Assembly (NCBI GenBank): GCA_045639455.1
Contig: JAZUDA010000045.1
Coordinates: 1 to 27,430, forward strand
Origin: Clostridia bacterium
GTDB lineage: Bacteria > Bacillota > Clostridia > Christensenellales > Aristaeellaceae
DNA: 27,430 nucleotides
Reading direction: 5' to 3'
Positions 14,373-22,229 of this stretch are shown here, one piece after another. The first letter of the stretch is position 1; each line of letters begins with the position of its first letter. The position numbers and the translations under genes were made by a program. Below the pieces are notes generated by a model. That model was not told the origin of the DNA. It did not search any database and saw nothing but the letters and a program-made list of their open reading frames with translations.

Positions 14373-16544
14373 TTACTCCGCACTGACCAGTTCGCGGTAC
14401 ATTTCGCTGTTTTCCATCAGCTCCCGATGGGTTCCGCGGTCGATAATCTCGCCCTTGTCCATCACGATGATTTCATCGCAGGAACGGATGGTGGAAAGCC
14501 GGTGGGCGATAACGATGCAGGCAATGCCGCGGTCGCGGATGGCCTTCACTACGCCGTATTCCGTTTTTGCGTCCAGCGCGCTGGTGGCCTCATCCAAAAT
14601 AATCACCGTCGGGTCCTGCGCCAGGGCGCGGGCAATCTCGATTCGCTGCCGCTGGCCGCCGGAAAAGTCCTTGCCGCCCTCCGTCAGCTTATGCCGATAA
14701 CCTTTCGGCCGCTGCATGATATCCTCATGAATCTGCGCGTCCCGGGCCGCCAGGATCATTTCGAAATCCTCGATGCTGTCATCCCACATCTTGATATTAT
14801 CGGCAATCGTATCCTCAAACAGAATGATATCCTGATCCACCACCGCCACAGACCCGCGGAATACGTTTTTCGGGATCTGATTCATTTTTTTGCCGTCAAA
14901 CAAGATTTCGCCGCTCCACGGCTGATACAGCCCGGCAATCAGCTTCGCCATGGTGGATTTGCCGCAACCGGAGCCGCCTACGATGGCCACGCTTTTTCCG
15001 GGTTCGAGGCACATATTGAAATCCTTGATCAGCGGCTCCGCCAGGGGCGAATAGCCAAAGACCACGTGATTCAGTTCGATTTTTCCGGTCAGCTTGCCAT
15101 AGTCGTCCGTATCCTCGTTTTCATTAAAAACGATATCCTCCGGGTATTCCATCACGTCTTCTACCCGCTCCATCTCGGTACGCATTTCCTGCAGCGTCTG
15201 GCCGGCGGAAATCATCGTCTGGGCAGGCGACATAAAGGAGGCAAGGAAACCTTGAGACGCCATAATCATACCGATGGAGAACTCGCCCCGCATGGTCAGC
15301 CACACGCCCAGGAACAGCACCGCGTTGTTGGCAAGCATGGAGACAAACTGGGGAATCATGCCCAGATACTCATTGAGTTTCAGGAATTTCACCTGCTGCG
15401 TATTTACGCCCGCCTGATAGCCGGACCATTTTTTGAAATAGCCGTTTTCAGCACCTGACGCCTTGATGGTTTCGATCATTTCAATACCGGCTACCGTGGC
15501 GGAGGACAGCTTCGCGCTGTCACGCATGGAAACGCGGGTCACGTTAATCCGCTTCTGGGAAATATAGTTTGACACCGCAGCGTTGATAAACAAAGAGGCA
15601 AGCCCGATTACCGTCAGGAAAACGCTGTAGCGCAGCATCACCACCAGATAAAAGACCATCATCACCGAGTTCAGCAGAAGCGGCGCGAAGGTGCCGATCA
15701 GGGTGTTGGCGATAGATGCGTTCGCGCCCTGCCGCCCCTGAATATCCCCTGCCATACGCTGGGAATAGAATTTCATCGGCAGACGGAGGATTTTCCACAT
15801 GTAGGTGGCGTTGCCCACCGCTGCCATCTTGCCGTTAATGCGCAGCGAATAAACCGCCTGCAGAGCGGACATGATAATATCGATCAGGTTGAACGCGCCC
15901 AGCAAAATCAAGAAGGGCGTTATCCACTCCGGATCCGTCCCTGTCAGCAGATGGTCCAGAAAAACCCGTGAAAATCCGGGCTGGACAAACCCCATCAGCG
16001 CCGCGATGACACCTGTCAGCACCGTGAAAGCGATGGCGGTGCCCGTTCCCTTCAGACGTTTTGCCGCGAATTCCTTCATGCTCTTCGGCTTGCCGGAGGG
16101 GACAAACGCCTCCGTAGGCTCAAACTGCAGGCAGATTCCCGTAAAAGCCTCGTCAAACATTTCCATAGAAACGCTGTAGGAGCCCTTCGCCGGGTCATTC
16201 AGCCAGGCTTTCCCGCCTTTGAAGCCGTTGAGCACCACAAAGTGGTTGAAATTCCAGTGAATAATGCAGGGGAAGCTGCCGTGTTCCTTCAGCGCGTCCG
16301 GCTCATACCGGTAGCCCTTCGCCTCCAGGCCGTAGAAGCGGGCAGCCTTGAGGATGTTGCGGGCATTGGAGCCGTCTCTGGACACGCCGCAGTCCTCACG
16401 GACCTGCTCCAGCGGAATCCACTTACGATAATAGGCCAGGATCATGCAAAGGCACGCTGCGCCGCATTCCAGCGCCTCCAGCTGCATCACAACCGGAACA
16501 TTGGCTGTGCCCTTCGTCACCGGCTTTTTGATTTTCTCCGCCAT
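14373..16544 (-). CDS. NHLP-type export ABC transporter with an intact C39 peptidase (PCAT)
   Basis: VMQLEALECGAACL (Gln, catalytic Cys), HWNFNHFVV (His), NDPA (Asp); Walker A GGSGCGKST; FSGGQRQR; IILDEATSALD. Confidence 0.93.
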   Translation of the reverse strand: MAEKIKKPVTKGTANVPVVMQLEALECGAACLCMILAYYRKWIPLEQVREDCGVSRDGSNARNILKAARFYGLEAKGYRYEPDALKEHGSFPCIIHWNFNHFVVLNGFKGGKAWLNDPAKGSYSVSMEMFDEAFTGICLQFEPTEAFVPSGKPKSMKEFAAKRLKGTGTAIAFTVLTGVIAALMGFVQPGFSRVFLDHLLTGTDPEWITPFLILLGAFNLIDIIMSALQAVYSLRINGKMAAVGNATYMWKILRLPMKFYSQRMAGDIQGRQGANASIANTLIGTFAPLLLNSVMMVFYLVVMLRYSVFLTVIGLASLFINAAVSNYISQKRINVTRVSMRDSAKLSSATVAGIEMIETIKASGAENGYFKKWSGYQAGVNTQQVKFLKLNEYLGMIPQFVSMLANNAVLFLGVWLTMRGEFSIGMIMASQGFLASFMSPAQTMISAGQTLQEMRTEMERVEDVMEYPEDIVFNENEDTDDYGKLTGKIELNHVVFGYSPLAEPLIKDFNMCLEPGKSVAIVGGSGCGKSTMAKLIAGLYQPWSGEILFDGKKMNQIPKNVFRGSVAVVDQDIILFEDTIADNIKMWDDSIEDFEMILAARDAQIHEDIMQRPKGYRHKLTEGGKDFSGGQRQRIEIARALAQDPTVIILDEATSALDAKTEYGVVKAIRDRGIACIVIAHRLSTIRSCDEIIVMDKGEIIDRGTHRELMENSEMYRELVSAE

Positions 16545-16554
16545 ATCAGCAACC

Positions 16555-16977
16555 TCAATTCAAAATAAAGGATAAGGGCTTGTAGCTTCGGATAATGACC
16601 TTTCCTTCATAGAAGCCGTCGGGCAGAGCGGAATCCTCCGACAGGACACAGGCGTAGCCCATATCCTCTTTCGCGCCGATTTGCGTGATGACCGCCTCTT
16701 CCGTTTCCCCGAACCGGACGATTTGCCCCTCCCGGATGGAGGAAACATCTTCCGGCGCGATGAAGCAGACCGTGCCACCACCCTCAATGCGGACGGTGGA
16801 CGGCACGGTGCTGTCCACCTGCCCGAAGATGCCCCATACGCAGGCGCCCGCCAGCAAAACAATCACGCTGACCAGCAGCAGCCACACGCCCGGGTTGGAC
16901 ACTCGGATAAAATCATCCAGGTTTTCGGGAGACTTTACTTTATCAAGGCTTTTCTTTCGGAATATTTGTTCACTCAT
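16555..16977 (-). CDS. Miniature NHLP-system secretion (HlyD/MFP-like) accessory protein
   Basis: N-terminus IFRKKSLDKVKSPENLDDFIRVSNPGVWLLL...WGIFG and C-terminus GKVIIRSYKPLSFILN both recall NHLP secretion proteins, but the protein is only 140 aa. RBS AAGGAG. Confidence 0.78.
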   Translation of the reverse strand: MSEQIFRKKSLDKVKSPENLDDFIRVSNPGVWLLLVSVIVLLAGACVWGIFGQVDSTVPSTVRIEGGGTVCFIAPEDVSSIREGQIVRFGETEEAVITQIGAKEDMGYACVLSEDSALPDGFYEGKVIIRSYKPLSFILN

Positions 16978-17058
16978 ACGTCCGTACTCCTTTTATTAAC
17001 AGCGGTCAGCGCCCCTTCGTACACGCGCGGGTGTTTTCCCGATAGACTCGTACAGTTT

Positions 17059-17087
17059 ATTATATATGAATTTTCCCGTCAATTCAA
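17059..17087 (-). promoter_or_regulatory. sigmaA promoter for the exporter-sigma operon
   Basis: Minus strand TTGAAT, 17 bp spacer, TATAAT, just downstream of a terminator. Confidence 0.7.
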
Positions 17088-17110
17088 GAGAAAGCGAGCC
17101 CAGCGCGCGC

Positions 17111-17135
17111 AAAAAAAGCCCGGCGCGCGCCGGGC
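17111..17135 (-). terminator. Rho-independent terminator after the nitroreductase gene
   Basis: Perfect palindrome GCCCGGCGCGCGCCGGGC followed by 7 T on the minus strand. Confidence 0.8.
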
Positions 17136-17155
17136 AAAAGATTCCTGTTTCCGAT

Positions 17156-17938
17156 TCATTCGATGGGAGGCTCGTTCAGATTGTGGTAATACTCCGCCAC
17201 CTTTGTCATTTCCGCCTCTCCGCCCGCGTCCGCGAACAGCGTCCGCCGGAACGCGTAGCCCTTTTGGGCCAGGCAGATTTCCAGTATGCACAGGTAGATG
17301 CCCATGTCAATCCGGTTGAAATAAGACGCGGCCGCGGGTGTCATGATGCCGATTTTGCCGGGTTTTCTGTACCGGTACACCCGTAGGGTATCCGATGTGT
17401 TTTCCACGCGCCAGGGCTGTGAATTGCAAGCGCTGGGGGCAAACCTGGCGATATCCGCGACCTCCATGCTGTCCCCGGTCCATGTTTCCGCCAGCGGTTT
17501 CCGCGCGGCCTTGAACATGTCTTTCCGGTACTTGCTGTCGTCGCAGACCTTGCGGATGGCGATCATAATGACATAGTCCAGTCCGTCCCACGCGGCCTCA
17601 TCCGGCTTGCCGATGCCGTACCACAGGCTGCCGATATGCTGCTGCACCAGATACAAATCCAGCTGCTCGCCCAGGTAGCCCGCGTTCATCAGATAATTCT
17701 CTTTTTTCTCGCTGTAAATCAGGACGCAGTACTCGGCATCATGCTTGAAGCCGATTTTTTCCGCGGGAACGATGCGGATAGCGGTTCGTGTTTCCGGATA
17801 AAGGGACGCGAAACCGTCATACGCCTGCCGGATTCCCTCCAGCTCCTCCGGCGTGATTTTGTCGTTTCCCACGCCCCTGAACAGGTGGAACGACTTTCTC
17901 TTGAAAATCGTCTCGTAATACGCATCCATCGCGCTCAT
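17156..17938 (-). CDS. Nitroreductase-family protein (two-domain, TM1586-like)
   Basis: YETIFKRKSFH, NAGYLGEQLDLYL, GSLWYG, ARFAPSACNSQPW, IDMGI. Start at MSAMD after GGAGGA; GTG 17956 is an alternative. Confidence 0.85.
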   Translation of the reverse strand: MSAMDAYYETIFKRKSFHLFRGVGNDKITPEELEGIRQAYDGFASLYPETRTAIRIVPAEKIGFKHDAEYCVLIYSEKKENYLMNAGYLGEQLDLYLVQQHIGSLWYGIGKPDEAAWDGLDYVIMIAIRKVCDDSKYRKDMFKAARKPLAETWTGDSMEVADIARFAPSACNSQPWRVENTSDTLRVYRYRKPGKIGIMTPAAASYFNRIDMGIYLCILEICLAQKGYAFRRTLFADAGGEAEMTKVAEYYHNLNEPPIE

Positions 17939-17952
17939 TTTCGTTTCCTCCG

Positions 17953-19530
17953 TCACTTTTTCAGAATGACCTCGCCGTTTTTCCCGCCCTGATACGCCCC
18001 GTTCCGGACGGCAGCCTTACCGTTCACATAGACATGCAGGATTCCCTCGGGCGTGGCATCGGGCTTGCCTTCATCCACCTTCAATCCGTTAGGATCAAGA
18101 ATAGTGATATCCGCCTTGTAGCCGGGGCGCAGGTAGCCCCGCTCCCTGATGCCGAACCGGTCCGCCGTGGCACCGGTCATCTTATGCACGATTTTTTCTA
18201 TGGGGATGCCGTACTGCTTCGCCAACAGGAAGAACTGGGGGAAGGTCTGGAAAGCGGCAATATTCTGCATGCCCTTTTCCACCACCCAGGCATCCGTCAT
18301 AAACACAGACAAGTCATCCTCCATCAGGGTGCGGACAATATCGCTGTTGTAATACTTGCCCAGATAAATGCTGCCGCTGCGCCCGGAAAGCTCCACCAGT
18401 TTCAGATAGGTATCCAGATAGGACAAGCCTTCCTTTTCGGCGATTTCGGGCAGTTTTCTGCCCTCATACTCCGGATGATCATCGGAGATGTAGGCGATGA
18501 CGATATCGTCCCAGTCGATGCCCAGGAGCTTCCGATACATGAGAATAGTCAGGGAAAGCTTGAATTTATTGATGGGCTTCTTTGCCGCTTCCGATGAAAG
18601 CGAAGCGTACCACTCCGGATAAACCACTGTGATTACGGACGCGCCGTAATGGAAGGCGTAGTTGTCAAACCCCACAGGCGAGCCCTTTTCGTGCTCGCCA
18701 TGGAACACCTTCAGCATTTTGTCCTTCAGGCCCCAGCTGCGTTTACCCGTGAAAATCAGGTGTGAGTACTCCAACCGGCAGCCGGACTGCCTCATGATAT
18801 CCAGTGCCTCGTCCAGCCCCAGCTCCAGATGCGACTTCTTCGACAGCAGCGGATAATCCGCGCTGATGGCGGAGCAGGCACGGGGATGGATGGTGATGAT
18901 TCCGTCATACTTGGCCACTTCCCGGGCAAAAGCGATGATTTCGTCCTTCTTGGCGTAGCGGTCCGGTTCGTACATGAAGCCGAGCGACCCACCGAACGCG
19001 CCGCCCTCCATGGCCTCCCGAACGTAGGTCAGTTCTTCTTCAATCTGCTTTTCGGTAAACGGGGTGGGGTCGTAGCCCGTCATGCCCGCGCGGACAGAGC
19101 CCTGGCCGATCAGCGGCACCATGTTCACATACAGGTTACCCGCCGCCCGCTTCTTAAAATCCGCAAAGCTGCCGGGATGTGCCACCTCAAACAGGCCGCC
19201 GCCCAGCTTGTCCCGATAGGGCGTATCCGGCTTCATGCCGAAGGGAGAGAAGCTGCAGTTGCCGGTAACCTGCGTAGTGATTCCCTGCAGCAGGAACGGC
19301 TTGTAGTACTTTTCCGCGTCCTCCCGGTCATAAAAGAAATCGTTGTGGGAATGTGCGTCAATCAGGCCGGGGCAGACCATCATGCCTTCGGCGTCAATCA
19401 CTTCGTCCGCGGGAGCGTCAATCGTTCCGCCCACGGAAACGATACGGTCGTCCTCAATCAGAAGATCGCCCTTCACCGGCGCGGACAGGCCTCCGTCATA
19501 CAGCATTCCGTTTTTGAACAGTGTCTTCAT
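17953..19530 (-). CDS. N-acyl-D-amino-acid deacylase (D-aminoacylase)-like amidohydrolase
   Basis: KNGMLYDG, CPGLIDAHSHND, QGITTQVTGNCSFS, IHPR, YSHL, MTDA, KMTGATADRFG, GYLRPGYKADI. RBS GGAGG; start MKTLF at 19530. Confidence 0.9.
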   Translation of the reverse strand: MKTLFKNGMLYDGGLSAPVKGDLLIEDDRIVSVGGTIDAPADEVIDAEGMMVCPGLIDAHSHNDFFYDREDAEKYYKPFLLQGITTQVTGNCSFSPFGMKPDTPYRDKLGGGLFEVAHPGSFADFKKRAAGNLYVNMVPLIGQGSVRAGMTGYDPTPFTEKQIEEELTYVREAMEGGAFGGSLGFMYEPDRYAKKDEIIAFAREVAKYDGIITIHPRACSAISADYPLLSKKSHLELGLDEALDIMRQSGCRLEYSHLIFTGKRSWGLKDKMLKVFHGEHEKGSPVGFDNYAFHYGASVITVVYPEWYASLSSEAAKKPINKFKLSLTILMYRKLLGIDWDDIVIAYISDDHPEYEGRKLPEIAEKEGLSYLDTYLKLVELSGRSGSIYLGKYYNSDIVRTLMEDDLSVFMTDAWVVEKGMQNIAAFQTFPQFFLLAKQYGIPIEKIVHKMTGATADRFGIRERGYLRPGYKADITILDPNGLKVDEGKPDATPEGILHVYVNGKAAVRNGAYQGGKNGEVILKK

Positions 19531-19684
19531 CTTGCATCCTCCAGTTAATCCCAATCTTTTACCCGTATTATATCACATCATTGCAAGCCGATTTTCTTTT
19601 TTCTCAGCAAAAAGCATTTCAATCTGCTGTTTTGTGGTATAATATACCGTAATCGGATAAAAACGGATTCGGAGGGAAACCACC

Positions 19685-20326
19685 ATGACTTATCTTGAAA
19701 ACGGTTCCGACAAAGTACTTTACCATGCTGCGGAGGGCAGAAAAACGGTGCTGCTCATCGGCGACTCCATGATGCGCGGGAGCTGCGAAGCCACAAAGGC
19801 CGCGCTGGCAGATGTGGCAGACGTAATCTTCCCAGGGGAAAACTGCCGGAATTCCCAGTATATCATCACCCGTATCCGCGCCTGGTCGCAGGAGCTGGAC
19901 GGTGAGCATGTGGATTTGGTGCATTTCAACTGCGGCCAGTGGGACACGGGCCATTTCAACCGTGATGAGGACGTGCTGACGCCCATCGACCAGTACGAGC
20001 GCAACATTCACTGCATCATCCGCAATATCCGCCGCCTGTTCCCCAACGCCGCCATCTGCATGGGCACCACCACCCCCATCAATCCGGATGAAAGCTGCCT
20101 GGCAACGGCAAACAATCCCCGTACCCGCAAAGACATCATCGCCTACAACGCGGCCGCTGTCCGCGCCGCGCAGGCCGAAGGCGTGCCGGTAGACGATATT
20201 TTTGCCGCGACGGCGGACTGGCCCACCGACCGGTACATCGATATGTGCCACTTCACCCCTGAAGCCTTCATAGAAATGGGAAACATTGTGGCAGATTACT
20301 TGAGGAAGCAGCTGGAAACGCTGTAA
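19685..20326 (+). CDS. SGNH/GDSL-family hydrolase
   Basis: Block I LLIGDSM, block III HFNCGQWD, block V DxxH (DMCHF). RBS GGAGG. Confidence 0.88.
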   Translation: MTYLENGSDKVLYHAAEGRKTVLLIGDSMMRGSCEATKAALADVADVIFPGENCRNSQYIITRIRAWSQELDGEHVDLVHFNCGQWDTGHFNRDEDVLTPIDQYERNIHCIIRNIRRLFPNAAICMGTTTPINPDESCLATANNPRTRKDIIAYNAAAVRAAQAEGVPVDDIFAATADWPTDRYIDMCHFTPEAFIEMGNIVADYLRKQLETL

Positions 20327-20340
20327 TATGCCTGAACGTG

Positions 20341-20379
20341 AACAGCCCGCCCCGGACATCGCCGGGGTGGGCTGTTTTT
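20341..20379. terminator. Bidirectional terminator between convergent genes
   Basis: AACAGCCCGCCCCGG-acatcg-CCGGGGTGGGCTGTT-TTT. Confidence 0.82.
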
Positions 20380-20399
20380 GTGCGATTGTCATGCCGGCT

Positions 20400-21245
20400 T
20401 CAGCCGTTCAGGATATGCTTCAACACGCGGATGGAGTCCTCCGTTCCCTGCCGCGCGCCTTCGGTTTCGTAATACCGGCTTGTCACCAGTTCCAGGTTGT
20501 ACACGCCGCTGTAGCCCGCGGACCGCAGCGCCTTGATATAGGTGCCGGCAGGCTGCTCCGTCAGGGGATGGTGGGTGTCCAGATCCTTCAGGCTGTGGAT
20601 GTGGGTATGAATCACCCGTTTCAGCACATCGCTGACAGGCACCCCGTCCAAAGGAAGCCGCTCCATCAGCTGATTATATCCGTAGTGCCCAAAGTCCCAG
20701 CACATGCCTACGTTGTCCATATCGGGAAGGGAAGCCTGCAGGGAGGAAATCCGGAGATGATGCTCACTGCCGTCCCAGCGATGAATCCGCTGATTTTCCA
20801 GCGCAATCCGCATCGTCCCCGGATAGCGGCGTGCCGCCTCGGCTGCAAAGCTCTCCAGGCAGGAGGCCGTTTCATCCCTTGTGGCAAGGGAGTGAACCGT
20901 CAGCAGAATCTCCCCCTGCTTTTTCATCATGATTTCGTACATGTCCCGGAAATAATCGAAATGCTCCCTGCCGCTGATTCCCTCCAGCAGTCCGTGGACC
21001 GTCAGATGAATGCCGCAGTTCGTCAGCAGTTTCGCCGCGCGGGCAGCACCCTCCGCCCCGGTCTTTTTGAGAGACAGCATGGACAATTCCATGGACTCGA
21101 TGCCGTTCCCGCGCAGGTCACGAAGCATTGCCTCCACGCCGCCATAGGAGGAGAGCAGCTGTTCCTCCCCCGGGTTGGACGGCTTTCCTAAAACGGTATC
21201 ATACCGTACAGTCATTCCGATCATCTTGTGTTTTTCTCCCTTCAT
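20400..21245 (-). CDS. Sugar-phosphate isomerase/epimerase (xylose-isomerase-like TIM barrel)
   Basis: Metal ligands E (IALEN), D/H (CWDFGH), H (HTHIH), E (YNLEL). ATGA overlap with the upstream gene; ATG 21224 is an alternative start. Confidence 0.82.
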   Translation of the reverse strand: MKGEKHKMIGMTVRYDTVLGKPSNPGEEQLLSSYGGVEAMLRDLRGNGIESMELSMLSLKKTGAEGAARAAKLLTNCGIHLTVHGLLEGISGREHFDYFRDMYEIMMKKQGEILLTVHSLATRDETASCLESFAAEAARRYPGTMRIALENQRIHRWDGSEHHLRISSLQASLPDMDNVGMCWDFGHYGYNQLMERLPLDGVPVSDVLKRVIHTHIHSLKDLDTHHPLTEQPAGTYIKALRSAGYSGVYNLELVTSRYYETEGARQGTEDSIRVLKHILNG

Positions 21246-22036
21246 TCAACATCCAGCAGGACCGTCTCCCCGTGGGCAGGCGACAGCACCGGAAGCCCGG
21301 GTTGCTTTTTCGCGATGATTTGCCGCACCGCCTGGGCGTGGTCTTCCGTCCACATGCTCTTTTCAGACCGGTTCCAGTCGTACAGATGGGCCAGAATCAC
21401 CCGCCGCGGAGCACAGGACAGAAGGAAGTCGCAGAAATCCGCCAGCATTTCGGAGGTGTAGGTCAGCGCCGCCTTCCGGCCCAGCCAGATATGTCCGAAC
21501 ACATCGGCACCCGTAAAACCCGGAAGCCTGTCCCCGTAATCCCGTACATCGCCGGGAAACAGCAGCCGTGTCTTCCCCGCGCAAACCGCGTAGCCGTATT
21601 CCGGAACGGAGTAAAGCTTGCCCTCGAACACATCCGAATGGTTGGACTCAAACACCCGCACCGTGACGCCGCAAAGCGTCAGCTCCTGCCCCGCGTGGAC
21701 AAAGACGCGTTTGGCGCAGTATTCCTTGACAAAGTCCTGCTCCTCCGGGGGCAGAAAGTCCGGGAAGACCCAGGTAATATCCAGCCCGGAGAGGCTCTGA
21801 ATCAATTTTTTATCGTAATGGTCGCCGTGCAGATGCGTCAGCAGCGCGAACCGCACTTCCCCGAACGCCTCCGGGAGCATGTCATCCGCCTGAAGGTGCA
21901 TATCGTCATCCAGGCGGGGATCCAGCGCCCAGCAGACGCCGTTCGTCCGGAACAAATAGCTGGCGTGGCTGATCAAGGTGAAGCAATCCTCACGTGCTTC
22001 CCGAAAAGAGGCAATACATTTTTTCCAATCGTACAT
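21242..22036 (-). CDS. Metallo-beta-lactamase-fold hydrolase
   Basis: HASYLF, LDP, LLTHLHGDHYD (HxHxDH), SNH, FPGD, AHLYD. Start MYDWKK 7 nt after GAAAGG. Confidence 0.85.
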   Translation of the reverse strand: MYDWKKCIASFREAREDCFTLISHASYLFRTNGVCWALDPRLDDDMHLQADDMLPEAFGEVRFALLTHLHGDHYDKKLIQSLSGLDITWVFPDFLPPEEQDFVKEYCAKRVFVHAGQELTLCGVTVRVFESNHSDVFEGKLYSVPEYGYAVCAGKTRLLFPGDVRDYGDRLPGFTGADVFGHIWLGRKAALTYTSEMLADFCDFLLSCAPRRVILAHLYDWNRSEKSMWTEDHAQAVRQIIAKKQPGLPVLSPAHGETVLLDVE

Positions 22037-22083
22037 ATCGTGGCCTTTCATAATCCGCGGACGGTATTTTTCTTCTCATATGG

Positions 22084-22110
22084 ATTATCATATACCGGTA
22101 TCCTTGTCAA
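22084..22110 (-). promoter_or_regulatory. Possible promoter/operator for the MBL-epimerase pair
   Basis: Minus strand TTGACA, 15 bp spacer, GATAAT (sub-optimal spacing). The perfect palindrome ATACCGGTAT (22092-22101) lies in the spacer. Confidence 0.4.
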
Positions 22111-22229
22111 TACCTTTTTCTCAATCCGTGTTTCCGGCAGGAAAAACGCGGCCGGCGGAGAATATATTAAAGAGCTGTTTTCGGCACAGCCGCATACAGT
22201 CGCAGAATGAAATAAAGAGGTGCTGCTTT

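Noticed and set aside
12386-14597. Repeated ~20-bp sequence (gcgctggtggcctcatc) near 12390 and 14578
   Set aside because: It encodes the conserved DEATSAL motif in two paralogous ABC ATPases; it is not a mobile or regulatory repeat.
12163-16977. Classical modified-bacteriocin (TOMM/lanthipeptide) cluster
   Set aside because: No cyclodehydratase, dehydratase, radical SAM or immunity gene in the window, and the only precursor-like core lacks Cys and is acidic. The exporter call is kept; the bacteriocin claim is not.
21978-22229. 84-aa N-terminal extension of pgm
   Set aside because: It overlaps the divergent MBL gene and its promoter region, and the RBS fits ATG 22230.
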